DNA from: a virus
Taxonomy: Duplodnaviria; Caudoviricetes
IMG/VR virus record: IMGVR_UViG_3300021978_000001
Location: 96,001-160,000 of that record
DNA: 64,000 nt
Direction: 5' to 3' (one strand)
Shown: one piece after another, positions 18,957 to 27,855 of the stretch
Position numbering within the stretch: the stretch's first letter is position 1
Layout of the letters: every line of letters begins with the position of its first letter
Notes under the pieces: model-generated
Told to the model about the DNA's origin: nothing
The model's database searches: none
What the model saw: the letters and a program-made list of their open reading frames with translations, nothing else
Made by a program: the position numbers and the translations under genes

Positions 18957-19805
18957 TCACCCCTTGTAAAGGCGAAGCCTGCGCGTCAAGGGGTCGAGGT
19001 CTTCTGGATAATGAGGACCGATCGCGAGCGCGGTCACGGTAGGCTCATCGAACACCGTGCGCCCTTCATCCTCGATCAAGGCTACACGCAGCCCTTTCGC
19101 GACCGCTTTCGCATGCAAGTTGCGGAGCGCCTCTTCACTCTTGACGCCCACCACGATCTTGGCATACGAGCCTTCGCGCCATGCGACATCCTCCGCGCGC
19201 ATGTTCATCTGGAGCTGGCCATGCCCCGCGTGCGGTCCTGCGGTGTTCCCGCTCCCCTGGACGGCACCCTGGAGGAACGCTTCGAGAGACGCATGCGCGG
19301 CTTGCGCGGCTGCTTTCCCGGGGGGCATCTCCAGGTCCTTTCGCAAGACGATCACTTGTTTGGGCTCACCTTTGACCTCGCGCGCGGGCTTTGCTTCGGG
19401 CGCGGGGTTACGTCGAGCTTGCGCCATGGCATCAGCAGACACATTTTTCATGCACAGGTGCGAGGTGAGCCCTCCCAGGAGTCTCCCTGCTTCGTTGGTA
19501 TGCGTACACACCGTCCCTACCACCCTGGCGGGCTTGGTCAGGGAAGCGAACTTCTGCCCCTCTACGGGTTCTGTGCAGTCGTTCCACGACCCTTCGAGCG
19601 CGACAAGGTACACCCCCGCGCCCGCCCATGTACCATCGACCATCTTGAGCGCGCCCTTGATGTAAATGAGGTACTGCAAGGCGCTCTCCAACGTGGGCCA
19701 CACCGAACCTCCCACATCTTTATAGAAGGGCGTATGCTTCCATTGCTCGTATTGCGGGAGGTTTCCAATCGTGTAGGCTTGCTTGCCCGGCCATGTGTCT
19801 TCCAT
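18957..19805 (-). CDS. unknown N-terminal domain fused to Pth2-type peptidyl-tRNA hydrolase
   Basis: KQVIVLRKDLEMPPGKAAAQAAHAS...AKIVV...IEDEGRT...TALAIGP. Confidence 0.85.
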   Translation of the reverse strand: MEDTWPGKQAYTIGNLPQYEQWKHTPFYKDVGGSVWPTLESALQYLIYIKGALKMVDGTWAGAGVYLVALEGSWNDCTEPVEGQKFASLTKPARVVGTVCTHTNEAGRLLGGLTSHLCMKNVSADAMAQARRNPAPEAKPAREVKGEPKQVIVLRKDLEMPPGKAAAQAAHASLEAFLQGAVQGSGNTAGPHAGHGQLQMNMRAEDVAWREGSYAKIVVGVKSEEALRNLHAKAVAKGLRVALIEDEGRTVFDEPTVTALAIGPHYPEDLDPLTRRLRLYKG

Positions 19806-19846
19806 TTACTTGTTCTCCTCTATAAAACTCAGACGTTGTGTGCAGT

Positions 19847-20539
19847 TCACGTGCAGGAAGTCCAGGTCCCTCTCTTGACGCGGCGCGCGCGAGATGATGC
19901 CGCGAGATCTCGCAAGACTGTCGAGATCGCGGACCTGGGGTTACTATAGCACGACGCGTAATGAGGCACACGCTCGAACAGCTCCCTGGTCGTGACCTCC
20001 TCGTGGCCCTTCAGTTGGGCCTCGACCCAGGCAAGCAAGAGCTTGTAATGCGTGTGATACTCCTGAGCCCCACTCGGGTACCCCGCGAGAACGTCCCTGT
20101 TCTCATCACACAGCAGGAGCTTCCTGGTGTTTCGATGCAGGTATCTGTCATCGAGGCGCTCCGCTTCGATGTGTGTCGTGAAACCTTCACCATTGAAACT
20201 CATCAGACCTTGCTTGGTCCAGCGACCCCCCTTGTAAGCCTCGTCCCACTTTTTGATGGTCGCTTCGCGCGGTGTCGCGATCGTGGCACCCCAGATCTCA
20301 TCTGCGACGTGGTAGATGTCGAGCTTCCACGCCTGACGTCTCAAGGTTTTATCCGAGCGTCGCTTCATCTCGACCGCCACCACATACTCGGGGCAGTTGC
20401 AGGGACCTGTATGCCCCACGTGGTCGATGAAGATACTCTTCCCAAACATGGCTACCTCGCCATGCACGCACAACCCGCGCGCTCGCAGGTGTGCAATAAC
20501 ATGGGGCGATAGCTCCAACTCTGTTGTCAACTTGGTCAT
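19847..20539 (-). CDS. putative PD-(D/E)XK nuclease-like protein
   Basis: EV...IDHVG...AVEMK pattern; weak. Confidence 0.5.
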   Translation of the reverse strand: MTKLTTELELSPHVIAHLRARGLCVHGEVAMFGKSIFIDHVGHTGPCNCPEYVVAVEMKRRSDKTLRRQAWKLDIYHVADEIWGATIATPREATIKKWDEAYKGGRWTKQGLMSFNGEGFTTHIEAERLDDRYLHRNTRKLLLCDENRDVLAGYPSGAQEYHTHYKLLLAWVEAQLKGHEEVTTRELFERVPHYASCYSNPRSAISTVLRDLAASSRARRVKRGTWTSCT

Positions 20540-20622
20540 GCGCTCTCCTTTCGCGTAAGCCGTTTATACCACATGTTATAAGAGGTGTATAGTGCAGTAC
20601 ACGTTATGTCGCGAGAAAGGAG

Positions 20623-20913
20623 GTGTGCATGTGGCGTACAACGTTGGTTTTGGGAGTCCTGACGTTCTTCTGTGTTGGCGTGATCTGGTGGTGGCTTCCG
20701 ATCAAGGAAGGCTCTGCACCGCAAGAGGAAGAGGTGATCACGTTTAGCCCCGCGCAGCTCGTGCCCAAATACTCCGATGAGTACCTGGAGTATTGCGCGG
20801 ACCCCGCACCGGATGGCGCGCTCATGTCCATGGTCAATGGCACCTGGGTCGAGGGTGATCCCGACTTCTGCATGGGCGAGAAGAGCGAAGCCGAGATCTT
20901 CGGGTACCGCTAA
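20623..20913 (+). CDS. small membrane-anchored protein (rare plus-strand gene)
   Basis: AGGAGG RBS, N-terminal TM helix, divergent from 19847-20539. Confidence 0.65.
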   Translation: MCMWRTTLVLGVLTFFCVGVIWWWLPIKEGSAPQEEEVITFSPAQLVPKYSDEYLEYCADPAPDGALMSMVNGTWVEGDPDFCMGEKSEAEIFGYR

Positions 20914-21375
20914 TCACTCGTCCATAAAGGGGTTACCCAGAACACGGTTAAGGTCTGCTTCCTGTCGCCGTATCATAGTCTTGAGTTCATCCTGGGTGAG
21001 TTGTTCGACCACCTTCGAGTGTAACAACATCAGCACGGCATACAGCCCACACGCCGTTTCCTTCCAATGCGGACATTCAGTCAAGCATCCCTCTGTATAA
21101 GGACCCCGACCGGATGGCACATGATCGAAGCGTACCACAAAAAGGTCGTCTGGACGCTTGATCACGCGGCAGCTATACACCATCGTGTCCGCGAGATCCA
21201 AACTGTCGAGCATGGTCGGAAAGTACCTGCGGCTGCATGGGATACCCCGATGCGCGGGCCAATGCTCATGCCCCCATGCCGCGAGAAAAGCGTGCAGGTT
21301 ATTGACGTAGCGCACCAGGTCTGGGTGCTTCTCCATGGTGAGAAACGCCTGGAAGCTCTCAGACCGGGTTATCAT
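20914..21375 (-). CDS. hypothetical protein
   Basis: ORF track; start inferred. Confidence 0.55.
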   Translation of the reverse strand: MITRSESFQAFLTMEKHPDLVRYVNNLHAFLAAWGHEHWPAHRGIPCSRRYFPTMLDSLDLADTMVYSCRVIKRPDDLFVVRFDHVPSGRGPYTEGCLTECPHWKETACGLYAVLMLLHSKVVEQLTQDELKTMIRRQEADLNRVLGNPFMDE

Positions 21376-22369
21376 CACTGTCCTCCCCGCTCGCGTCTTG
21401 TGCTGTAAGGTTATGCAAGCCCCAGACAGACGATGCCACGACCGCTTCGATGAAGTCTCCCGAGGTGTCCCCAGGTTCTTCCTCTTCTTCCGAGGTGTCC
21501 AACGTGATGCCCATCTCTCGCAGCAGGTGTGCATTCTGACGCAGCAAGTTTATCGCTTGCTCTCGGGTCGCTTCCCTGGCCTCACGCATGCGATCTGGGA
21601 TCACGTAACCCTCGGGGCGCTCTCCATCACTCGCGGGAACTGCTACACCATCACGAATCACAACCCCCGTTGTACTGTAGACCGCAGGGTCGATGTCATC
21701 ACTTGAGTACGTCGTTGGTACAGTCGTTGGCACAGTCCCGAGAGACCCCGCGAAGATCTCACCACAAGGGTTCTGGTCGATGCGTCCGGGGCGGGTGACC
21801 TCCCACCGAGGCCCCTGATCACGTGGACCCCACGCACGCTCATCCTCTGGAAGCTCTGTAGCATTCCTGTCCAGAAAACCATCGCGCATGATGGAAGCAA
21901 GCCAGCGCTGGAATTGGGTATGATTTATGGTAGACGCGTTCGCGTTGGTCTTGAACTCCGCTACCATGGTGGGGGCCGCGTGAACCTCGGAGCGATCATC
22001 GAGCTTCAAACGAGGAGCCTCCCCTTCATTCATGCATAGGTGCAAGAGACGCAGCTCTTCAAGAAGATACGCCCCCACACGTTGCCATGTCGCATGGTTT
22101 CCGAAATAAGTGATGTGGCCGCAATCTCTCCGCGCCACCAGCACAGAGTCGTACATCACCGTCAATACGCGCGCACCTTCGATGCACGCGGGTCTCTCCT
22201 GTGCTTCTCCCATGATGCAAGCACCCAGGGGGTAGATAAGAGGCTGGCCTTCCTCCTGTTCCACAAAGGCCGCCGCTGCCTCGAAGAGATGCATGGTATG
22301 TTGCACTTGAATGGGATGTGCCTGGACATGCGCGAGAGCTTGCCAGGATGCGGAACGTATCAGTGTCAT
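21359..22369 (-). CDS. hypothetical protein
   Basis: 336-aa ORF, ATGA overlap. Confidence 0.65.
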   Translation of the reverse strand: MTLIRSASWQALAHVQAHPIQVQHTMHLFEAAAAFVEQEEGQPLIYPLGACIMGEAQERPACIEGARVLTVMYDSVLVARRDCGHITYFGNHATWQRVGAYLLEELRLLHLCMNEGEAPRLKLDDRSEVHAAPTMVAEFKTNANASTINHTQFQRWLASIMRDGFLDRNATELPEDERAWGPRDQGPRWEVTRPGRIDQNPCGEIFAGSLGTVPTTVPTTYSSDDIDPAVYSTTGVVIRDGVAVPASDGERPEGYVIPDRMREAREATREQAINLLRQNAHLLREMGITLDTSEEEEEPGDTSGDFIEAVVASSVWGLHNLTAQDASGEDSDDNPV

Positions 22370-22887
22370 GCTATCTCCTCACCGTTATCTCGTGTACGCA
22401 AGACCATGGCGGCACGAAACACGGGCTTGTAGTCTCCCTTATTAAACACAGGAGGCTCCTGAGCGCGTGTGGGCGCTTCTGAGCGCTTCGTTTTCGTGAG
22501 CGTGACTCGGAGCTGCGTAGGGCTTAAACGTTCAACAGGGGGGCCACACGGAAACCTGCGGTGGTGTCTCGACAGCTCCGTGAGAAAGTATTGCGCCAAC
22601 TCTTTCCAGTGATACTCGATCCTGCAATAGAACGCGCGGCTTTTCCCGGGAGAAGCATCGAGACCTACAGGCACACCAGCCCTCCACACGATCTTGTGAG
22701 CGTGCTTGAGAAACGAAGGAAGCACCGTCTCGCCCTCTCGTCTCGCCGGATATGTAGGCTCCACACCCTCGGGTAGCTCCACGAACATCATCAAAGCATC
22801 GAACAAGTGCTTGATATGCTTTACATGCTCGGGGTGATTCTCAGCATAGGCCAGGGCAAGCATTTCATCGGAGCGCGTGAGCGTCAT
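22366..22887 (-). CDS. hypothetical protein
   Basis: ATGA overlaps. Confidence 0.65.
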   Translation of the reverse strand: MTLTRSDEMLALAYAENHPEHVKHIKHLFDALMMFVELPEGVEPTYPARREGETVLPSFLKHAHKIVWRAGVPVGLDASPGKSRAFYCRIEYHWKELAQYFLTELSRHHRRFPCGPPVERLSPTQLRVTLTKTKRSEAPTRAQEPPVFNKGDYKPVFRAAMVLRTRDNGEEIA

Positions 22888-23993
22888 TTGGACCCCTTCT
22901 CTTTCATACGCGCGGTCCAGTCCTGATACTTGCGCAGGTTCTTCTGCATGTCTTCGCAGCCTTCGAGCGCCCTGGCGACGATTTGAAGCGTCTCCTCACA
23001 CTTCGCATCGAAATCCTCCGAGGCTTGGATGCGGTATCGAGTTGCCCAGGTGAACGCGTCAGGCCAGTGCAGCATGCAACGCGTCCAACCATCCCAAACC
23101 TGATCACACACTGCAATCGCTTCTGCCTCGGTCTCACGCCGCGCCGCGTTGTTCGCGGTGGTATAGCCCGAAGCGCGCGCGGCGGTGTCGAGATGCAGGA
23201 TCAGATCATATCCCTCCCGCCAGTCCTCACTGCTACGGTACAGGGGGCAGTAATCAGATTCCTCGTAACGAAAAATGTGCTTCCAGAACTGCGGGGCCAC
23301 GTAAGAAAGGATGTCAGGGATCGAGCGGTCCAGGAGAATCACCGTCGGTCCCGGAAACGGCATCCTCGTGGTTTGCTCTTCGAGCGTCGTTTGCATCTTG
23401 AGCAGGGAACGCTCGAACTTGATCAATCCTTCATGCGTCGAAAGCATCTCTCCGATAGGGAACCCGGACTCCACGAGCGCGGTGACCGTCTCCGGGACCA
23501 CGACAGCATGAAAGCCCATATCCTGGATCATCTCGGTAAGGTAAGGGATCAACGTGCTCTTGCCGCTCCCTGGACCCCCCGTCAATGCGATCGTGTACGT
23601 CTGGAACACGTCCTGGCGCCAGCACACGAAATTCGAGAGCTTCTGGTCGAGGTCGAGGCGCACAAGGGGCGTGTCCACATGTGAGACCTCTTCGTAGACT
23701 TCGACGTAAGGCCCACCCTCCTCTTCCCCGACCGCCATGACCCTGAACTCACCGTAACGATTACTCCCGGGATCGTAAGACCCCAGGAGTTTGGGTAAGG
23801 GCGCCTCTCCCCAGGCATAGTCGCTGCCATCTTCCTGGAGGGGCATGTAACGCAAGGTCATCCCGGGTCGCAGCGCCTTCAGTGCTTGCGTGAGGTCATC
23901 TGACAGACGAAAAGGGGCAGGCCACGTGGACTCACGCTCCTGCAAATCAGCAAAGGACACTTCTTTTTGCTCGGGCGTGTCGGACATGTGCAC
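22884..23993 (-). CDS. P-loop NTPase (NadR/Ttd14 AAA_28-like) with extra N-terminal domain
   Basis: IALTGGPGSGKST, VVVPETVT, ILLDRS. Confidence 0.8.
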   Translation of the reverse strand: MHMSDTPEQKEVSFADLQERESTWPAPFRLSDDLTQALKALRPGMTLRYMPLQEDGSDYAWGEAPLPKLLGSYDPGSNRYGEFRVMAVGEEEGGPYVEVYEEVSHVDTPLVRLDLDQKLSNFVCWRQDVFQTYTIALTGGPGSGKSTLIPYLTEMIQDMGFHAVVVPETVTALVESGFPIGEMLSTHEGLIKFERSLLKMQTTLEEQTTRMPFPGPTVILLDRSIPDILSYVAPQFWKHIFRYEESDYCPLYRSSEDWREGYDLILHLDTAARASGYTTANNAARRETEAEAIAVCDQVWDGWTRCMLHWPDAFTWATRYRIQASEDFDAKCEETLQIVARALEGCEDMQKNLRKYQDWTARMKEKGSK

Positions 23994-24038
23994 CTCTTGA
24001 GACTGACACTAAGAATGAATGCGAACCCTGAAGGAAAG

Positions 24039-24110
24039 TGACCGTGGGGGGAATCGAACCCCCAACCATGGCTTTTAGAGAGCCTTGCTCTGCCGTTGAG
24101 CTACACGGTC
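24039..24110 (-). tRNA. amber suppressor tRNA (anticodon CTA)
   Basis: Full cloverleaf GACCGTG/CACGGTC, D-stem GCTC/GAGC, loop CTCTAAA, T-arm GGGGG-TTCGATT-CCCCC. Confidence 0.85.
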
Positions 24111-24213
24111 ATGTGTGATGGAAGGTGTCTTCTAGTGTTTGCCGGACCAGAAGCAAGCGTATAAGCCAAAGCAAAGTACGATTCACCTTCCACCACAAAG
24201 GTGGAGACAGATA

Positions 24214-24241
24214 GGTACATCCCCGCAGGTGCGGGGAGCCT
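24214..24241 (-). CRISPR. solitary, diverged I-E-like repeat
   Basis: AGGCTCCCCGCACCTGCGGGGATGTACC; CCCCGC-N4-GCGGGG hairpin in the same register as the array repeat. Confidence 0.6.
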
Positions 24242-24459
24242 CCAACCTGATTCCTGTCCCGGCATCTCCGGCTTCCCTGGACAGGATGAACGTACCTTAC
24301 CCCAATGTTGGGAGCGTTGTCAAGCTGACCTACGCATTTTACTGTACCAACCCGAGTTTTTTCAGTTGGTGGCCTTGTGTCGCGGCCAACGCGTCTCGTT
24401 CCTCGGGGGTCATGCGCGCCCAAAAGCCTCGACCCTGATCCTTGAACTCGTGCATGGGG

Positions 24460-24936
24460 TCATGCACTTCCTCTCAATGCAATGGCGAGCTTCTCAAGCT
24501 CTTCCTTGTCTATACTGTATCCTCGACCCGTGTACTTGATGAGCGTCTTGAGTGCGCCTACCGGACTCCACACCTCACCTGCTATCACGAGTCGCTTCTC
24601 TCTTCGGTCTCGCACCGCATCGACACACGACGCGACCAGGTTCCCTTCACGGTCCCGGGCCACCTGCATACACCGAAACAACGTCTTCGCGAACCAGGCA
24701 TCGAGTGCCATGGGTGCGATGACATCGACCGCGAGCGCGTTCTCTTTCTGGTAAGTCGCGCGCCAACGTTTGCTGTTGGCGAGCACATACCCTTCATGCT
24801 CCAGGAGTCTCGCGAGGTGATTCAAGGCGGTCTCCGAGGTCGGTAACACGTCAATGTCCCGGGCATCCTCGAAATCCAGATAGCTCCCCACGACCACGCA
24901 CCCCACAGGGAGCACGAACGGTACTGTATTCTCCAT
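24460..24936 (-). CDS. putative nucleotidyltransferase-fold protein
   Basis: VVGS...DID motif near the N-terminus. Confidence 0.55.
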   Translation of the reverse strand: MENTVPFVLPVGCVVVGSYLDFEDARDIDVLPTSETALNHLARLLEHEGYVLANSKRWRATYQKENALAVDVIAPMALDAWFAKTLFRCMQVARDREGNLVASCVDAVRDRREKRLVIAGEVWSPVGALKTLIKYTGRGYSIDKEELEKLAIALRGSA

Positions 24937-24959
24937 CGAGAACCTCTCACTACAAAAAA

Positions 24960-24998
24960 GGGTACCTTACTTGATGTCTCCTGTCAAGTAAGGTACCC
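24960..24998. promoter_or_regulatory. palindromic promoter/operator, second copy
   Basis: 15-bp arms GGGTACCTTACTTGA / TCAAGTAAGGTACCC, 9-bp spacer; TTGACA on the minus strand. Confidence 0.75.
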
Positions 24999-25048
24999 GC
25001 ATCCCCATGATTGCTTTCACAGGGAGTTACATATAGACAGGGTAGCGA

Positions 25049-25693
25049 TCACACACCCACCTCGATCTTCTCGGGCACTTCCGCAGCCTCAGTCTCCGCC
25101 TGGAGCTTCTCCGCCTGAGCCTTTGCGGCTTCGCGCTCACGGCGCGCCTTGTAGCGTGCGTCGCGAGCATCGACGCGCTCGCGATGGATCTTGGGGAACG
25201 TCGCGACGGTCGCCTTGGCGTCCTCGACCCACGCTTCCCAGTCCGCCTCGATGCGCGCCTTCTCCGCCTCCAGGATCTCAAGGCGCTGCTTCCAGAACAC
25301 ATGGTGCGTCCCCGGACCCCAAGGTGAGGGCTTGTAGGCGTCGATGTAGTGCTTGACGCGCGCCATCACGATCCCGAACCCCACCTCATGGGTGATGTCC
25401 TGCCCGGGGTGAGCGTAAGCGATCATATCCGAGAACTTACGACCGCGCAAGAACCCGTAAGCCAGGTACATGTGGCGCAAGCGCTCGCGGATGTTCCCCA
25501 CCTCCTTGAAGGACGCACCACATCCGTAGCGACGCTTGTGCTCGCGCTGGAAGGCTGCCCAGCATGCGATCTCGCTCTGGAAGGCGCGCATGTTCACGAA
25601 GTAGTAGCGACCCTTCAGGGTACACGCTTCTGCGCGCAAGGTCTTGTTGTCGAGGTAGTTCGAGGTTTCGGTCTGTTCGGTTTCTTTCGTCAT
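25049..25693 (-). CDS. hypothetical protein (YLAYGFLRGR motif)
   Basis: 214-aa ORF downstream of the Pth2-like gene. Confidence 0.7.
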   Translation of the reverse strand: MTKETEQTETSNYLDNKTLRAEACTLKGRYYFVNMRAFQSEIACWAAFQREHKRRYGCGASFKEVGNIRERLRHMYLAYGFLRGRKFSDMIAYAHPGQDITHEVGFGIVMARVKHYIDAYKPSPWGPGTHHVFWKQRLEILEAEKARIEADWEAWVEDAKATVATFPKIHRERVDARDARYKARREREAAKAQAEKLQAETEAAEVPEKIEVGV

Positions 25694-25760
25694 GGTATCT
25701 GTATCCTTTGGTGTGTTCTTCACGTTCTCTCTTCACTTCTCCTGTACGCTCGGGTCAGGA

Positions 25761-26123
25761 TCACGAAGGGGGAGGGCGCGAAGACAGCGCCAAGGGCAGC
25801 TCACGTACCAGATCACGCACGACCTCATCACACGGTTCTCCGCAAAGAGGGCGCAAGGCTACAGCCGTCAGCGCTCCCTCATAGAAGGGCTCGTGGAATG
25901 CTTTGTGCGGGATGTCTTCGGTACGGAGCGTTTGGACCGCATCTGCGAGGGTCGCAGGGTCCGCAGCAAGCAACACAATACGATTCGAGATCTCGTGCCA
26001 ACACTGAACATGCTCTGGATAGTCGAGCGTGAACTCGATCGCAGCATGCAGCGCTTGAGAGGCTTGCTGTCCCGGAGACAGGTCGTCCCGGGTGATGACG
26101 TAGAATTTAGCGTTCTACAACAT
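25761..26123 (-). CDS. Pth2-like peptidyl-tRNA hydrolase with in-frame TAG at codon 3
   Basis: AGGAG-N7-ATG TTG TAG AAC GCT AAA TTC TAC GTC ATC ACC CGG GAC GAC CTG = ML*NAKFYVITRDDLSPGQQASQALHAAIEF, in frame with track ORF 25761-25976. Confidence 0.75.
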
Positions 26124-26192
26124 GTCAAAGCTCCTGTGTGGGTAAGAGCAACACACCATGCGTTGCTTCATGTGAAAGACTATGCACACAAA

Positions 26193-26218
26193 AAAAGGAG
26201 CCGTCAAGCTCCTTTTTA
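26193..26218. terminator. intrinsic terminator overlapping a TTGACG promoter
   Basis: AAAAAGGAGC-cgtcaa-GCTCCTTTTT. Confidence 0.7.
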
Positions 26219-26236
26219 CGTTCGAGGTGTTTTTTA

Positions 26237-26515
26237 TCACCTCATGTTCGAGATGTCCACAACCTTGCCGCGAGGTTCAGGGTCATCACCAGGGGTCAAG
26301 CGCTCGACCATGAAGCCCGCCATCGCACCACCACCGAGGCGAATCTCATCTCCTCGATTCTTGAGGTTCTTGAAGTCCTCTCGGGTCATGTCCTCATTGG
26401 CGTCGATCAATTCATCGAGTCCGCCGCGCCAGACCATCTCCATCTGGACGTTGCCCCAGTTGTCCTCGAAGATGTCGAAAACTTGCACTTCAAAGTTCGT
26501 CGTTGCGTCCGTCAT
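26237..26515 (-). CDS. hypothetical protein
   Basis: Own promoter motif at 26570-26600. Confidence 0.6.
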   Translation of the reverse strand: MTDATTNFEVQVFDIFEDNWGNVQMEMVWRGGLDELIDANEDMTREDFKNLKNRGDEIRLGGGAMAGFMVERLTPGDDPEPRGKVVDISNMR

Positions 26516-26600
26516 GGTATCCCTCTCTTATCGTGATCATTCAGTGTTGGTGTCTTGTCCGTACACTTCCTGATACCACAAGGGTTAGGGCGCGTAAAAG

Positions 26601-27308
26601 TCAGTTCGATAAAAACTGATCTTTTTGTCGAACGATCTCGCGCGCGATATGCACCGCGAACGCCACCGGCTTGATCACCTTGCACCCATAACGGGGCGAT
26701 TCGGAGAGCATCTCAGGGTCGTACTCATTGAGGCACTCATAGAACTTGTCCTCGCTGTCGATCGCGTGCCACAGCTCGAACCAATCAGGCTCGGAAAGCT
26801 CCTCCTCTTCGTCCAACTCCTCGCCCTCTTCGAGATCATCGAGCAGTTCCTTGTGTGCGGCAACCTCGTGATCCCACCAATCCAGGATGTCATGCGCGGC
26901 GAGCTGTCCGTCATATGCATAGGGAGAGCGCACGGGGTTGTTCCCACAGTGATACTTCTCTTCGAGGTAGCGACCCCATGCATGCTGGTCGATGAAGCGC
27001 GCGGCATCCCAGACATCCGTGCCGCGATACCGGAAACGCATGCAGCCAAACGACCAGGTATCGACGTAGATGTAGCCGTTCTTGATGTAGAACTCGCTTC
27101 CGGTCGAGAGAGATCCCTGTGAGAGCGTGATCACGGTCCCGTATGGGCCTTCCTTGACCTTGGTGATGGGGTACTCGCCTTGAAAGGTCGGGAGCACTTC
27201 AGCGTCCGCGTGCGAGCGCAGGCGGGTGAGGTATTCATTCTCGGACATACATAACTCCTGAACGCAGATGAAACGTAAAAACGGCGTGTCGAACAAGGGG
27301 TGGGTCAT
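26601..27308 (-). CDS. hypothetical protein
   Basis: 235-aa ORF with GGAGG RBS. Confidence 0.65.
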   Translation of the reverse strand: MTHPLFDTPFLRFICVQELCMSENEYLTRLRSHADAEVLPTFQGEYPITKVKEGPYGTVITLSQGSLSTGSEFYIKNGYIYVDTWSFGCMRFRYRGTDVWDAARFIDQHAWGRYLEEKYHCGNNPVRSPYAYDGQLAAHDILDWWDHEVAAHKELLDDLEEGEELDEEEELSEPDWFELWHAIDSEDKFYECLNEYDPEMLSESPRYGCKVIKPVAFAVHIAREIVRQKDQFLSN

Positions 27309-27374
27309 GGATAAAGCCTCCAGGAATTTCTGCCTGGCTTCGCCTTACACGCAGAGTGGCTACGTGTAAGGTAT

Positions 27375-27485
27375 AGGAGGTTGCACGGGATTGAACCGTG
27401 CTATCGCTCATGTCAGCCCGAAGGCACCACGCGCGAATTATCCGAGAACCATAAACCCGGCATTTCGACACGCCGTTTGGTCTCC
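27375..27485 (-). ncRNA. tRNA-like structured RNA of unknown class
   Basis: Ends in T-arm CACGG-TTCAATC-CCGTG then ACCTCC; several hairpins including GCC-TTCG-GGC; no standard cloverleaf. Confidence 0.4.
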
Positions 27486-27514
27486 TGAATGTCGATGTGG
27501 TTGCATGCGAGGCG

Positions 27515-27542
27515 GGACCATCCCCTCATACGAGGGGAACAT
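27515..27542 (-). CRISPR. solitary I-E-like repeat with compensatory stem change
   Basis: ATGTTCCCCTCGTATGAGGGGATGGTCC (CCCCTC/GAGGGG stem). Confidence 0.8.
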
Positions 27543-27578
27543 ATTTCTCGCACCATTCGCAATGGAGACCGTTCTCAG

Positions 27579-27650
27579 TGGAGCTTGAGAGACTCGAACT
27601 CTCAATTCAACCTTGCAAAAGTCGTGTGATCCCAGTTTCACCAAAGCCCC
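27579..27650 (-). tRNA. tRNA-Ala(TGC)
   Basis: Cloverleaf, G3:U70. Confidence 0.9.
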
Positions 27651-27654
27651 AAAA

Positions 27655-27737
27655 GAAGTGAGGGTGGTCAAGGTGGTGCATATGGGGGTCCTTGTTTGCT
27701 ATAAGATAACCCATGTGCGGCATACCACCCCCACTTC
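27655..27737 (-). ncRNA. hairpin cassette copy 1, near-empty
   Basis: GGTATGCCGCACATGGGTTATC-about 15 nt-ACCCCCATATGCACCACCTTG within an outer stem. Confidence 0.6.
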
Positions 27738-27762
27738 TGACATCTTCCTGGGAAGAAGATAG

Positions 27763-27835
27763 TGGAGCCAGGGGGTCTCGAACCCCCGACCTCGACGCTG
27801 CCAGCGTCGCGCTCTCCCAACTGAGCTATGGCCCC
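27763..27835 (-). tRNA. tRNA-Ala(GGC)
   Basis: Canonical cloverleaf. Confidence 0.95.
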
Positions 27836-27855
27836 GTTCGTACTATGAACGCCCC

